A stretch of 64,000 bases of DNA from Smithellaceae bacterium (GCA_035416785.1 DAOLNX010000001.1:9790-73789), one strand, 5' to 3'; positions 1-12,672 are shown, counted from the stretch's first letter. The notes: generated by a model not told the origin, from the sequence alone. Translations and numbers: made by a program.

Positions 1-1322
1 TCAACCTGGAAGCCGATAACGTTGGTGTTGCCGTTCTTGGAGAGGTAACCCACATTAAAGAAGGCGATATTGTAAAAAGAACGGGAAAGATTGCTCAGGT
101 GCCCGTCGGTGAAGAATTACTTGGCCGGGTTATTGATGCAACGGGTGCTCCTCTGGACGGCAAAGGACCAATTAATGCGAAAGAATTCCGCCGTATTGAA
201 ATGGTTGCACCCGGTGTGATCGCACGCCAGCCCGTTAATGAACCCATGTATACAGGGCTGAAAGCAATTGATGCCATGACTCCGATTGGACGAGGGCAGA
301 GAGAGCTTGTCATTGGAGATCGCCAGATTGGTAAAACCGCAATTTGTGTTGATGCCATCATTCGGCAGAAAAATACGGGCGTGAAATGTATCTACGTAGC
401 CATTGGACAGAAAAAATCAACGGTAGCACAGGTGGTAGAAAGACTGAAACAAAATGATGCGCTTTCTTACACGTGCATTGTCGCTGGCTGTGCCTCCGAT
501 CCTGCAACTCTTCAGTATATCGCCGCGTATGCCGGATGCAGTATTGGTGAATATTTCCGAGATAAGAGCCAGGATGCATTGATCATTTATGATGATTTGT
601 CCAAGCAGGCAGTCGCGTATCGACAGATTTCGCTCCTACTCCGTCGTCCGCCCGGACGTGAAGCCTATCCTGGTGATATTTTCTATAATCATTCCCGCCT
701 GCTGGAAAGGTCAGCACGCGTCAGCAAGGAGTTGGGTGGCGGTTCACTTACAGCCCTGCCCATTATTGAAACACAGGCGGGTGACGTTTCAGCTTACATT
801 CCCACGAATGTTATTTCTATTACCGATGGACAGGTCTACTTAGAGCCAAGTTTGTTTTTCTCCGGCATCCGACCGGCGATCAACGTTGGTTTGTCAGTAT
901 CCCGCGTTGGTGGTGCTGCACAGGTAAAAGCCATGAAGCAGGTTGCTGGAACTTTAAAACTGGATCTTGCTCAGTATCGAGAACTGGCGGCTTTTGCGCA
1001 GTTCGGATCAGATTTGGACAAATCTACACAGGCGCAGTTGGATCGAGGGGTACGTCTTGTTGAATTGCTGAAGCAACCTCAGTATCAGCCGATGTCGCTG
1101 GGGCAGGAAATTGTGGTGCTGTTTGCAGGAACAAGAGGATTTATTGATAAAGTCGACGTAAGTAAAGTTCAGTCATACGAAAAGCAGTTGTTGAGTTTCG
1201 TGGAAAGTAAACACACAGATATTCTGAAAGAAATTGAAGATAAAAAGGTGATTTCACCCGAACTGGAAAAGAAGATGAAGGACATATTGACGTCCTTTGA
1301 ATCTGTGTTTGTAGCCGAATAA
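1..1322 (+). CDS. atpA: F0F1 ATP synthase subunit alpha (5' end outside window)
   Basis: Frame 3 is open from base 3. It has Walker A GDRQIGKT and an alpha-subunit-like sequence throughout. The gamma, beta and epsilon genes follow. Confidence 0.97.
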   Translation, partial: NLEADNVGVAVLGEVTHIKEGDIVKRTGKIAQVPVGEELLGRVIDATGAPLDGKGPINAKEFRRIEMVAPGVIARQPVNEPMYTGLKAIDAMTPIGRGQRELVIGDRQIGKTAICVDAIIRQKNTGVKCIYVAIGQKKSTVAQVVERLKQNDALSYTCIVAGCASDPATLQYIAAYAGCSIGEYFRDKSQDALIIYDDLSKQAVAYRQISLLLRRPPGREAYPGDIFYNHSRLLERSARVSKELGGGSLTALPIIETQAGDVSAYIPTNVISITDGQVYLEPSLFFSGIRPAINVGLSVSRVGGAAQVKAMKQVAGTLKLDLAQYRELAAFAQFGSDLDKSTQAQLDRGVRLVELLKQPQYQPMSLGQEIVVLFAGTRGFIDKVDVSKVQSYEKQLLSFVESKHTDILKEIEDKKVISPELEKKMKDILTSFESVFVAE

Positions 1323-1353
1323 AGTAAAAATAAACAGTTGAGGAGAATTATCT

Positions 1354-2229
1354 GTGGCCTCGCTTAAAGACATAAAAAGAAAAGTAACTGCGGTTCAAAA
1401 GACGAAGCAAATCACTCGAGCCATGAACATGGTAGCGGCGTCAAAATTTAAGTCGGCGCAATTAAGGATGGAAAATTTCCGGCCTTACGCTGGCAAATTC
1501 ATGGATGTTCTCAATAGCGTGGCATTGCGTGTGGATAGTTCATCTCATCCATTGCTTGCCGTTCGCGATCCCAAGAAGATTCGTGTAATCTGCATGACAT
1601 CCGACCGTGGGCTTTGCGGAGGCTTCAATACAAACTTGATCAAGGCGACGGAAAAATTCATCAAAGAGAAGACGAAGGAAGGCAAAGAAGTCGGTCTCAT
1701 CAATGTCGGAAGGAAAGGTAGAGATTTTTTCCGAAAGAAAGCCAATATCGTTGCGCAAAAAACGGATGTATTGAGTAAATTTGACATGACGCTGGCGGTT
1801 TCGATTGCAGATGAAGTCATTACGCCTTTCGTCAAGGAAGAGTACGACGAACTATATCTGATCTACAATCAGTTTATGAATGTATCCGTCCAGAAGCCGA
1901 GTGTGGTTCGCTTGTTTCCATTACCCTCCATCGGTCAAGAGGCAGACGTTGAAGGTGATAAACGACTGGATTATACGTATGAGCCGTCCGATGAAGTGCT
2001 ACTGCACAAGCTTTTGCCGATGTACGTGCATGTTCTTGTTTACCGGGCACTGCTGGAAACATCTGCAGGTGAAAATGGCGCAAGAATGGCGGCAATGGAT
2101 AATGCAACAAGCAATTGTGAAGAACTGATCAGTAGTTTGACTCTGAAGATGAATAAGGCAAGACAGGCAGCAATCACGGCCGAGTTGATGGATATTGTCG
2201 GTGGTACTGAGGCTTTGGCGAAGGGTTAA
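1354..2229 (+). CDS. atpG: F0F1 ATP synthase subunit gamma
   Basis: GTG start. The N-terminal KTKQITRAMNMVAASK and C-terminal ITAELMDIVGG are typical of gamma. It sits between the alpha and beta genes. Confidence 0.95.
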   Translation: MASLKDIKRKVTAVQKTKQITRAMNMVAASKFKSAQLRMENFRPYAGKFMDVLNSVALRVDSSSHPLLAVRDPKKIRVICMTSDRGLCGGFNTNLIKATEKFIKEKTKEGKEVGLINVGRKGRDFFRKKANIVAQKTDVLSKFDMTLAVSIADEVITPFVKEEYDELYLIYNQFMNVSVQKPSVVRLFPLPSIGQEADVEGDKRLDYTYEPSDEVLLHKLLPMYVHVLVYRALLETSAGENGARMAAMDNATSNCEELISSLTLKMNKARQAAITAELMDIVGGTEALAKG

Positions 2230-3696
<1,467 letters not shown>

Positions 3697-3711
3697 TAAG
3701 CGAGGCATGTA

Positions 3712-4128
3712 ATGGCTGAAGAATTAATTCTTGAAGTAGTTACACCGGAGAAAATTGTTTATTCCGGAAAAGTAGATGAAGTGACGATTCCAGGAACCGA
3801 AGGCGAATTTGGTGTTTTACGAGGACACGAGCCTTTTTTAACATCTGTGGACATTGGAGAACTTTATTACCTGCTGGATGGTAAAAAAACGAATTATGCC
3901 GTCAATACCGGATATGCAGAAGTAACGGCAAGTAAAGTTACGGTATTGATCGAGACAGCTGAGCGGTCAGATGCCATAGACAGGGATAGAGCGCAAAGAG
4001 CAAAAGAAAAGGCGGAGGCCGCTTTGGCTCAGTTAACAAAAGAGCATGATGACTATGAAAAAGTTCGTTTGTCCCTGGCGAGAGCCATAAACAGGATCAG
4101 TGTATCGGAAAAATCCATGCCAATGTGA
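3712..4128 (+). CDS. atpC: F0F1 ATP synthase subunit epsilon
   Basis: 138 aa. The N-terminal beta-sandwich-like sequence and C-terminal helical region match epsilon. It is the last gene of the atp operon. Confidence 0.92.
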   Translation: MAEELILEVVTPEKIVYSGKVDEVTIPGTEGEFGVLRGHEPFLTSVDIGELYYLLDGKKTNYAVNTGYAEVTASKVTVLIETAERSDAIDRDRAQRAKEKAEAALAQLTKEHDDYEKVRLSLARAINRISVSEKSMPM

Positions 4129-4144
4129 AATATCCAGAAAAAGG

Positions 4145-4180
4145 AAAAGGCAGCTTTGAACAGGAGCTGCCTTTTTTTTT
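4145..4180. terminator. Rho-independent terminator shared by convergent atpC and greA
   Basis: Stem AAAAGGCAGCT / AGCTGCCTTTT with a 9-nt loop, followed by a T9 run. An A-run on the other side lets it work in both directions. Confidence 0.6.
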
Positions 4181-4199
4181 CCTTATTGCAGGTGCTTTT

Positions 4200-4673
4200 T
4201 TATTTGGCAGAAATATCAACGATCTGAAAATTTCGCGTTCCCCCAGGAGTTTTTACGACAATTTCATTATCAATGCTTTTTCCAATCAATGCTTTACCGA
4301 TTGGCGAAGTTACGGATATTTTATTTTGATTAATGTCTGATTCAAAGGGGCCAACCAACTGATATTTGATTTCCTCTCCGCCGTCTGTGTCGGCTATGGT
4401 CACATAGCATCCAAAAACAACTTTTCCAGTGACTTTTCCCGATAAGGTGATGACGTTGCATGAAGCGAGATTGTTTTCAATTTCCTGTGATTTCCCGTAT
4501 AGATATGACTGACGTTCCTTTGCTGCGGTGTATTCTGCATTTTCGGAAAGGTCTCCATGCGCACGTGCAACTTCGATATCACGAACATTTTCAGGAATGG
4601 AGATGTTTTTAATGAAATCCAACTCCTTTTTTAATTTTTCGAATCCTTCTTTTGTAATTGGTATCTTATCCAT
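4200..4673 (-). CDS. greA: Transcription elongation factor GreA
   Basis: 157 aa with the HGDLSENAEYTAAKERQ motif and a GreA C-terminal domain-like sequence. Confidence 0.93.
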   Translation of the reverse strand: MDKIPITKEGFEKLKKELDFIKNISIPENVRDIEVARAHGDLSENAEYTAAKERQSYLYGKSQEIENNLASCNVITLSGKVTGKVVFGCYVTIADTDGGEEIKYQLVGPFESDINQNKISVTSPIGKALIGKSIDNEIVVKTPGGTRNFQIVDISAK

Positions 4674-4886
4674 AAATTCTCCTGATAATTCTTAACAGTA
4701 TTTCATTAAGCGTATATGCCCACAGAACGAAGTATTTCTATAATCTGGCTCTTTTCTAATCGAGATGAAATGTCCTGTCAAGAAACATATTTCATTGTAT
4801 GAAGAAAGAAGATTACATAGAGAAGGAAAAGGGAAAACCCGAATTATGGGCCAAACATTGTGTTATTGGATGACTTATGCTAGTCA

Positions 4887-5915
4887 ATGACGGTCCTTCA
4901 AGGAAAGGAAATATTTTTACGCATGCTTGATGTCTATGATCGGGAAATTAATTATTTGAGGGTTTCCATAACTGATCGCTGCAATCTGCGCTGCACGTAT
5001 TGCCGTCCAAAAGAAGGAATTTCTCTCAAAGGTCATTACGACATTTTGCGGTATGAGGACATTATCCGTGTCGTTTATCAGTCCGTTAAGCTTGGATTTA
5101 TCAAGATCAGGTTAACTGGCGGCGAACCCCTGGTTCGACGAGGCTTTGTAGAATTCGCAACGGAGTTGAGAAAAATAGCAGGCCTTCAGGACATCAGCCT
5201 TACGACCAACGGTATTTTGCTGGAGCAATATGCGGAAGATATTTATCGTGCAGGAATAACTAGAATCAATATCAGCCTGGATTCACTCAATAAAGATAAA
5301 TATTTTCAGATTACCGGAGGGGGGGATATTGAGAACGTTTTTCGAGGGATTGCGGCTGCTGAAAAAGCAGGTTTTTCTCCGATTAAAATCAATGCGGTTT
5401 TGATCAATGGAATTAATGATGACGAAGTTCTGAAAGCTGTGGAATGGGCTGTGAAAAAACCTTTTCAGATTCGGTTTATTGAAATGATGCCAGTTAGTGA
5501 GGTTTATGAACATCAGAAAGAGAATTTTCTTTCTACAGATCAGCTTCTCCAACAAATCGAAGAACACTTTGAGTTGGAACCCCAATTCGGTAAGAAAGAA
5601 AAATTCGATGGACCGGCACGCATCTATAAAATAAAAGGCGGTTTTGGGGAAATTGGTTTTATCAATCCGGTCAGTAATCATTTCTGTGCGACTTGCAACA
5701 GATTGCGTCTGACGGCTGACGGTAAACTTCGGGCCTGTCTTTTAAAGGATGAAGAAGTTGATTTAAAAGCGGCTCTCGAACGCGGTTGTGGGGATGATGA
5801 ATTATCAGACCTGATTCGGCAGGCAATTCGCCTAAAGCCCAAGCAACATGATCTGGATTGTTCAGACAAACACAGAAAAAAATGTACACGAGATATGTCC
5901 GACATTGGTGGCTGA
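4887..5915 (+). CDS. moaA: GTP 3',8-cyclase (molybdenum cofactor biosynthesis protein A)
   Basis: Radical SAM motif CNLRCTYC inside YLRVSITDRCNLRC. A second cluster is CATCNRLRLTADGKLRAC. The alternative start ATG 4923 is equally plausible. Confidence 0.9.
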   Translation: MTVLQGKEIFLRMLDVYDREINYLRVSITDRCNLRCTYCRPKEGISLKGHYDILRYEDIIRVVYQSVKLGFIKIRLTGGEPLVRRGFVEFATELRKIAGLQDISLTTNGILLEQYAEDIYRAGITRINISLDSLNKDKYFQITGGGDIENVFRGIAAAEKAGFSPIKINAVLINGINDDEVLKAVEWAVKKPFQIRFIEMMPVSEVYEHQKENFLSTDQLLQQIEEHFELEPQFGKKEKFDGPARIYKIKGGFGEIGFINPVSNHFCATCNRLRLTADGKLRACLLKDEEVDLKAALERGCGDDELSDLIRQAIRLKPKQHDLDCSDKHRKKCTRDMSDIGG

Positions 5916-5992
5916 ATTAAGTATTTTCGAAATGACCAAAATGGTATTATTTAGATGCCATTTTCGTCTGTACCGATACAGGAGCCGCAACT

Positions 5993-6733
5993 TTGCAAAC
6001 AGTATTCAGTCAGTTCATATCTTCGCGTCAGGAGACGATCGTCCTTGAGATGGTGAAGCCTTTGGCAGGCGAATCTTTGCTGCACGTAGGCTGTGGAGCG
6101 GGAGAGCTTGCGAGATTATTTCAACTGAAAAAGTGTCTGGTCACGGGCCTGGATGCATCCCCGGATTTGTTGGCGAAAGCGCGCATGAATTTGGGCGTTC
6201 AATGTGAGCTGGTTGAGGGAGATATTGAGAATCTTCCTTTTTCCGACAATGAGTATGACGTTACCGTGATCATCTTCCGACCGGGTATTATGGGCGATCC
6301 ATACAAAGCCATAGCAGAGGCCGTCAGAGTCAGCCGCAAACGAGTTTTTATCGGTTTTTACAACAGGCATTCCTTTGTTGGAACAGAACAGGCGATACGG
6401 GAGTTTTTGGGAGTTCCTGCTGATTCAGCGATGCGTTTCTTCGGGATTGGCGAAATGAAATTCATGGTTAACCAAATCATGGGCAATTCACATCTTACTT
6501 GGGGATCGGTGCTTTGCCTTCCTGTGCCCTTTTGCAGGATTTTTTCAGAAGTGGAGGAATTGTTTCCCATGAAGAATAATCCTTTGGGTGCGTTTGCCGG
6601 CATCGTTTTTCCTGTCTACTATACATATCGAACGCTGCAAAAACCCCTGCTTTCGAAGCTGGATTTAAAAGCAGGAGCGTCCGTGACGGTTCCGGAAACG
6701 GTAAGAAATATGCTTAGAAAGGGTAACGGATGA
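5993..6733 (+). CDS. Class I SAM-dependent methyltransferase
   Basis: Motif I LLHVGCGAGE and motif II-like DVTVI. TTG start 9 nt after AGGAG. Its stop overlaps the next start (ATGA). Confidence 0.7.
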   Translation: MQTVFSQFISSRQETIVLEMVKPLAGESLLHVGCGAGELARLFQLKKCLVTGLDASPDLLAKARMNLGVQCELVEGDIENLPFSDNEYDVTVIIFRPGIMGDPYKAIAEAVRVSRKRVFIGFYNRHSFVGTEQAIREFLGVPADSAMRFFGIGEMKFMVNQIMGNSHLTWGSVLCLPVPFCRIFSEVEELFPMKNNPLGAFAGIVFPVYYTYRTLQKPLLSKLDLKAGASVTVPETVRNMLRKGNG

Positions 6734-7740
6734 TTCGAGAAGCGCTGCTTTACTGTAAACTGGAGAATCAACGTGTGCAGTGTGGAGTTTGTGCTCATCG
6801 CTGCATTATCCATACGGGTCGCCGCGGGTTATGTGGGGTACGTGAAAATAAAAATGGGAAGTTGTATTCTCTGGTTTTCGGGACACTGATTGCAGAGCAT
6901 ATTGATCCTATAGAAAAAAAACCATTTTTTCATGTTTTGCCGGGATCGTTCTCCTATTCCGTCGCTACGGTCGGTTGCAATTTCCGTTGCGGTTTCTGCC
7001 AGAATTCAGAAATATCCCAGATGCCTTCTTCCACGATGATGATTATGGGGGAAGACACGGATCCGGAAACGATGGTTAGGCGCGCCATAGGAAATCATTG
7101 CCAGACGATTTCCTATACTTATACAGAGCCAACGGTTTATCTGGAAACTGTTTTTGAAACAGCGAAGATCGCCTGTGAAAGAGGATTGAGAAACATTCTG
7201 GTGACGAACGGGTTCATGACAACTGAAGCTATCGATATCATTGCTCCTTATGTTTGTGCTGCGAATGTGGATTTGAAGTCTTTTCGGGAAGATTTTTATA
7301 AGAAACATTGCAGCGGAAGACTTTCCCCGGTGTTGGACAGCTTAAAGAAAATGAAACAGATGGGGATTTGGCTGGAAATCACGACGCTTCTCATTCCCGG
7401 ATTGAACGATACAGACGAGGAATTAAATGAAATTGCTTCATTTATCGCCAATTTAGGGGTGGAGACTCCCTGGCATATCAGCAGATTTCATCCGCAATTC
7501 AAAATGCTCGACAGAACAGTGACACCGGTTGCCTCCCTGCATCGCGCCTGCCGGATTGGGAAAGATGCAGGCCTGAATTACGTCTATAGCGGAAATGTTC
7601 CTGGAGACGAATGGGAAAACACCTACTGTGCAAATTGCGGGCATCTTCTTATACAGCGTTGTGGCTTCAGCATCCTGCAGAATCATCTTTTGGAAAATGC
7701 ATGTGTTCAATGTGGGCGAAAAGCGGAGGGTATTTTTTAG
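6730..7740 (+). CDS. AmmeMemoRadiSam-system-type radical SAM enzyme (PflA-like activase fold)
   Basis: N-terminal Cys pattern CGVCAHRCIIHTGRRGLCGVR, DPIEKKPFFH, the radical SAM motif CNFRCGFCQNSEIS, and a C-terminal CANCG...CVQCG. Confidence 0.8.
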   Translation: MIREALLYCKLENQRVQCGVCAHRCIIHTGRRGLCGVRENKNGKLYSLVFGTLIAEHIDPIEKKPFFHVLPGSFSYSVATVGCNFRCGFCQNSEISQMPSSTMMIMGEDTDPETMVRRAIGNHCQTISYTYTEPTVYLETVFETAKIACERGLRNILVTNGFMTTEAIDIIAPYVCAANVDLKSFREDFYKKHCSGRLSPVLDSLKKMKQMGIWLEITTLLIPGLNDTDEELNEIASFIANLGVETPWHISRFHPQFKMLDRTVTPVASLHRACRIGKDAGLNYVYSGNVPGDEWENTYCANCGHLLIQRCGFSILQNHLLENACVQCGRKAEGIF

Positions 7741-7964
7741 ACCGTTATGTAAGCGTGAACCACATGTTGGGAACGTAAAATTGCTGAATCTTCCCCGCTG
7801 CTCCTATTGGGTAGTGAGGATTTCATTTCCAGATATCTTTAATATAACGCTATATGTTGTGGTATAGTTTTCTTACAATACATTTTGTTGTATTTTTTCT
7901 TTACAAAGGATGGTTGTTTTGTTAGGGTCACCGCAAATTGAAACAATTTGGTTGATACGGGAAT

Positions 7965-10900
7965 ATGAAACTGAAACGATTGGAAATAACGGGTTTTAAA
8001 TCTTTTCGAGATAAAATAATTGTAGACTTTTCGCAAGGCGTCAATGCGATTGTTGGACCAAACGGTTGCGGGAAGTCTAACGTGGTGGATGCGATTCGCT
8101 GGGTTATGGGGGAGCAGCGTGTCAAGGCACTGCGTGGAAAAAAGATGGACGATGTCGTTTTCAACGGCAGTGAAGATGCCGCTGCGGTGAGCATGGCGGA
8201 AGTTGTCATGACACTGGCGGTGGGAAATGCGTCAGGCTTTCCGGGGGCCTATAGTGAATTGTCGGAGGTGTCCATTTCTAGGAAAGTCATTCTTGATGGT
8301 GAAAGTGAATATTGCATCAACCGAGTGCCCTGCCGTCTGCTGGATGTGAAAGAATTTTTTATGGGAACGGGAATCGGAGCCAGGACGTATTCACTGGTCG
8401 AGCAGGGATCTGTGGCGACGTTGGTGGAAGCGAAGCCTGAAGACCGCCGCTTGTTTATTGAAGATGCTGCTGGCGTTTCCAAATACAAAAGCCGAAAAGA
8501 GCAGGCAGTTCGCAAAATGGAAGCCACCAAGCAGAACCTCGATCGTCTCAATGACGTTCACAAGGAGGTGAAGCAAAGACTGAATGCGATCACGCGTCAA
8601 GCGAAAAAGGCTGAACAGTACAAAACACTCAAACAGCGCCTTCGGGAAACGGAACTGGCCTTGTCCTGTCATGCGTATGCGGAACTAGCTGATAAAAGAA
8701 GTCTTCTGCAAATTGAACGTGAGCAACTATCCAATCAGACACAAGCTGCCAGAGCGCAGGTGGAGGTAAGAGAATCCGCTCTCTCGGAGAAGAAAGCAAT
8801 ACTATTGGAAAACGATGAGCTTCTCAGTCGTCGTCAGGCCGAGCTTTACGAACAAAAGAATTTCATCAATATCAAAGAAAAGAATGTGGAATTCTCCCGC
8901 CGACGGGTCGCAGAAGCGACGGAGCGCAAACAGAAAAATCAAGCAGAAATTCATTTCATGGAGCAAAGGAAATCCAATCTGCTGTCAGAAATGGAAACCT
9001 TGCGGAAAAGATCAGCCGATGCTGAAGGCCGGATGGAGCAGCTCCAGTCGGAATTGCAGGAAGGCCAGTGTCTCGTTCAGGGGCTCCTGGATGCGGACAA
9101 GGAAAACAACCTTCGTCTGGAAGAACATAAGATCCGCTATCTCGACGTCATGCAGGATTTGGCGAAATTCAATAATGGAATTTCCAGCCTGAAAAAGAAT
9201 ATGGAGGATTTCAAGAAGCGCGAAGAACGGGAAATCCGCGAAATTGAGCAGGATAGAGCCAGACATGCTGAATTAACCGATAAACTACAGATTCTGACAA
9301 GCGGATTGGCGACGGAAGAAGAAGAATTTCTGTCTCTGGTGAACCAGAAAGAAATTCTGGCTGATGAACAGGAAAAGGCCAAGTTCGATCTGCAGACGGT
9401 TGACGAGAGAATTTCGCAAATTAAGGAAGAGATGGGGGGTAAGTCGTCCCGTTTGCAGTCTTTGTCGGAATTTCAGTCTGCATTCAAATGGTCCAATGAT
9501 GGGGTTAGAAAGGTTATTGAATCGCAGGAAGGGCCGGATACGTTTTATGGTGTTGTTGCCGATCATCTCAATGTGCCACGCGAATACGAACCGGCGGTGG
9601 AGGCCGTGCTGGGAGAAAAACTGCAATATGTGGTTGTGAAAAATCAGGAAGAGGGCGTGCGCGCCATTGATTTCTTGAAAAATCATCAGTTGGGGCGCGG
9701 CAGTTTTGTTCCGGTGGAACTGCGTGCCGGCTATGCGGAAACTTACACGGCGGAGCATCTTGTGGAAGCAGAGCCCCTGCTGCGTAAAGTGGCGATAAAA
9801 AACGAATTCAGAAAAATTGCCGATTGCCTGCTGGGTGATGTGCTGCTGACTCCGTCGTTGGAAAGCGGCGTCAATCTTTGGAAGAAAAACGGATTCCGTG
9901 GAACGTTTGTAACGCCGGAGGGAGATACAATCAGTCCGCACGGCGTACTGACTGGCGGCAGCGGCGCTGCGGTCGAGAAAAGCCTGCTGGCCACAAAAAG
10001 AGAAATTGCCGAGTTGGAAACGGATGTTTCCCGTCTTTCATCTGAACTGCAGGAAAATATTCAGGAAAAGAAAAAGTTAACTTCTTTGATTACCCGCTGG
10101 GAGGAAGAACTTTCGGGCCTGAAAAACCGTGCGCACCGTCTGGAAATTGATATTAGTGGCCGGAAAAAAGATATTGAGCGTTTTGAAGATGAAGCAGGAC
10201 GTTTAAGGCAGAGACTTTCTGTTCTTGAATTTAACCGCCAAAACATTCAGGCGGAAGAAAGTCAGGCCAGACAAAAACTGCAGGAGATTCAAGAGGAAGT
10301 GACCCGGAAGGAGGCATCGGAAAAAGAACTCAACGAAATCATTTCCGCATTGAACAGTCGTCGTCAGCAGTCCCGTTCGGCCATAGATGCTCAGGAACGG
10401 CTTCTGACCGAAAAGAAAGTGATGTTGGCTTCGCTGGCCGAAAAAAAGGAAGCGGATTTGAGAGCGGTTACACGCCTGCAGCATGATTTGCAGGCCAATG
10501 AAACTGAATCCACAAGAAAAAAGCAGGAAATTTCCGCCAGTGATCAACAGATTGCCGATTTGTCCGCCGCCATGACCTCGGATGCGATGGAACTTCAGGA
10601 ATTGTACCAGAAGCTCGCTTTGTCTGAGACTGTTTTAACGGAGATGAAAGAAAAGCGAACCCGGGAAGACGAACAGATGAAGATTCAGGAAAATGAAATA
10701 CGCAGCATCAAGAAAGTTTCCGATGATCTGCAAAAGCAACTCAACGAGCTGGAGATGCAATGCCGAGAAACGGCTCTGACGGTTGAGAACCTTCAAAAAG
10801 CCGTGCAAGAGAAGCATCAGGCGGATCTGTCTTCTCTCATGATCGATTTTACCGGTATGGAAAGTGACAAAATTGTCGAACTGGAAGCACTTCTCGAAAA

Positions 10901-11516
10901 AGACCGCCAGAGTCTTGAAAATTTCGGTGAAGTGAACCTGTTGGCCATCAATGAATACGCGGCTCTGGATGAACGTAATCAGTTTTTAACAACACAGTTG
11001 GCCGATCTCCATGAATCCCTATCATCTCTGCAACGAACGATTGCCCGGATTAATAAAATATCCCGTGAAAGGTTTGCCGAAACCTTTGCCGCCATCAACC
11101 TGTGTTTTAAGGAAACCTTTGCTCGTATTTTCCCCGGTGGTCGCGGCGAACTCTTGCTGACGGATGAGAATGACCTCCTGGAAACCGGCGTGGATATCAA
11201 TATTCAGATTCCGGGTAAAAAAGCGCAGAGTGTCAGCTTGCTGTCCGGTGGTGAAAAATCCCTGGCGGCCATCGCGCTGATATTTGCCATTTTACAGTAT
11301 CGTCCGACGCCTTTCCTGATTCTGGATGAAGTGGATGCTGCTCTGGATGACGCGAATACCAATCTGATCAATCATCTGATCCGGGATGTTTCTGAAAAAT
11401 CCCAGGTCATCATGATCACGCATAATAAAAGCACAATGGAAGTGGCCGATACGCTTTTTGGTGTGACCATGCAGAAAAAGGGCATTTCGTCCCTGGTTTC
11501 GGTCAGTTTGAACTGA
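7965..11516 (+). CDS. smc: Chromosome segregation protein SMC
   Basis: 1183 aa. Walker A GPNGCGKSN, long coiled coils, signature LSGGEKSLAAIAL and Walker B LILDEVDAALD. Confidence 0.96.
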   Translation: MKLKRLEITGFKSFRDKIIVDFSQGVNAIVGPNGCGKSNVVDAIRWVMGEQRVKALRGKKMDDVVFNGSEDAAAVSMAEVVMTLAVGNASGFPGAYSELSEVSISRKVILDGESEYCINRVPCRLLDVKEFFMGTGIGARTYSLVEQGSVATLVEAKPEDRRLFIEDAAGVSKYKSRKEQAVRKMEATKQNLDRLNDVHKEVKQRLNAITRQAKKAEQYKTLKQRLRETELALSCHAYAELADKRSLLQIEREQLSNQTQAARAQVEVRESALSEKKAILLENDELLSRRQAELYEQKNFINIKEKNVEFSRRRVAEATERKQKNQAEIHFMEQRKSNLLSEMETLRKRSADAEGRMEQLQSELQEGQCLVQGLLDADKENNLRLEEHKIRYLDVMQDLAKFNNGISSLKKNMEDFKKREEREIREIEQDRARHAELTDKLQILTSGLATEEEEFLSLVNQKEILADEQEKAKFDLQTVDERISQIKEEMGGKSSRLQSLSEFQSAFKWSNDGVRKVIESQEGPDTFYGVVADHLNVPREYEPAVEAVLGEKLQYVVVKNQEEGVRAIDFLKNHQLGRGSFVPVELRAGYAETYTAEHLVEAEPLLRKVAIKNEFRKIADCLLGDVLLTPSLESGVNLWKKNGFRGTFVTPEGDTISPHGVLTGGSGAAVEKSLLATKREIAELETDVSRLSSELQENIQEKKKLTSLITRWEEELSGLKNRAHRLEIDISGRKKDIERFEDEAGRLRQRLSVLEFNRQNIQAEESQARQKLQEIQEEVTRKEASEKELNEIISALNSRRQQSRSAIDAQERLLTEKKVMLASLAEKKEADLRAVTRLQHDLQANETESTRKKQEISASDQQIADLSAAMTSDAMELQELYQKLALSETVLTEMKEKRTREDEQMKIQENEIRSIKKVSDDLQKQLNELEMQCRETALTVENLQKAVQEKHQADLSSLMIDFTGMESDKIVELEALLEKDRQSLENFGEVNLLAINEYAALDERNQFLTTQLADLHESLSSLQRTIARINKISRERFAETFAAINLCFKETFARIFPGGRGELLLTDENDLLETGVDINIQIPGKKAQSVSLLSGGEKSLAAIALIFAILQYRPTPFLILDEVDAALDDANTNLINHLIRDVSEKSQVIMITHNKSTMEVADTLFGVTMQKKGISSLVSVSLN

Positions 11517-11712
11517 CGCTTCTTCAGGGTGGTGTGAAAGCAAACAAGTCTTTTTCGCATGCCCGGTTTCTCTGTTCTTTCTTTGCACAATCCATTTCTT
11601 TACTTTGGTAGAAAAAATCGCTATGAGTGGCCGGAACGTGAAAAAGAAGCATTTGGTAAACTGCCGAGAGCTTCTGAACGGTTGAAGATATGAGGAAAGG
11701 ATCTGGAAAAAA

Positions 11713-12672
11713 GTGGGCTTATTCGACAAAATCAAAGCGGGACTGAGCAGAACGCGAGAAGGTTTGACCAAGACGCGCGAGGTTCTGACCAAAAGTCTGG
11801 ATCAGCTTGTTTTTGGCAAAAGAGTGCTGGATCAGGCGCTTTTTGATGAGTTGGAAGAGATCATGATTTCGGCGGACATGGGTCCGCAGTTTACGTACGA
11901 TCTGATTGATGATGTCAAGCAGCGTGTCAAACGCAAGGAACTCCATGACGCCTCGCAGATCAAAAAAGTTCTGCAGGAAAGAATGATGGCGATTTTGCAA
12001 ACGATGGAAAAACCTCTGGTGATTCCGCCAGATCGTCCCTTTGTCATCATGGCGGTCGGTGTCAATGGTAGCGGTAAAACAACGACGATTGGAAAGTTAT
12101 CCAATATTCTGTGCCAGGATGGTTATCCGATATTATTGGTGGCCGCTGACACATTTCGGGCGGCAGCCATTGAACAGCTGGAAGTTTGGGGTACTCGCGT
12201 GGGTGTGCCTGTAATCAAACAAAAGATGAATTCAGATCCCGCCGCGGTGGTTTTTGATGCCATTGGCAAGATTAAAGCCGGTTTTAACGGGGTTGTCATC
12301 GTGGATACGGCAGGTCGGCTGCATACACGGACCAATCTTATGGAAGAATTGAAAAAAGTGAGAAGAGTGATCAGCAAAGAACTGCCGGGTGCTCCCCACG
12401 AGATATTGCTGGTTCTGGACGCCACCACCGGTCAGAATGCCGTTATGCAGGCAAAAATGTTCAAGGAAGACATCGGGGCTACAGGTATCGTACTGACCAA
12501 GCTTGATGGAACCTCCAAGGGGGGCGTTGTTATCCGAATTGCCAGTGAACTGGGCTTGCCGGTGCGCTTTATCGGGGTGGGTGAAAAACTGGATGATTTG
12601 AGAGTATTCGACAGCAAAGAATTCACGGCCGCCCTGTTGGACGATAATATTTTTGATGACCAGAACAAATGA
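11713..12672 (+). CDS. ftsY: Signal recognition particle receptor FtsY
   Basis: GTG start giving MGLFDKIK. GTPase motifs GVNGSGKTTT, DTAGR and TKLDG. Confidence 0.94.
   Translation: MGLFDKIKAGLSRTREGLTKTREVLTKSLDQLVFGKRVLDQALFDELEEIMISADMGPQFTYDLIDDVKQRVKRKELHDASQIKKVLQERMMAILQTMEKPLVIPPDRPFVIMAVGVNGSGKTTTIGKLSNILCQDGYPILLVAADTFRAAAIEQLEVWGTRVGVPVIKQKMNSDPAAVVFDAIGKIKAGFNGVVIVDTAGRLHTRTNLMEELKKVRRVISKELPGAPHEILLVLDATTGQNAVMQAKMFKEDIGATGIVLTKLDGTSKGGVVIRIASELGLPVRFIGVGEKLDDLRVFDSKEFTAALLDDNIFDDQNK

Noticed and set aside
4674-4886. Possible Moco riboswitch or other leader upstream of moaA
   Set aside because: The 213-nt gap is long, but I could not recognise the conserved Moco-riboswitch helices or motifs by eye. 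An Infernal/Rfam scan is needed before any claim.
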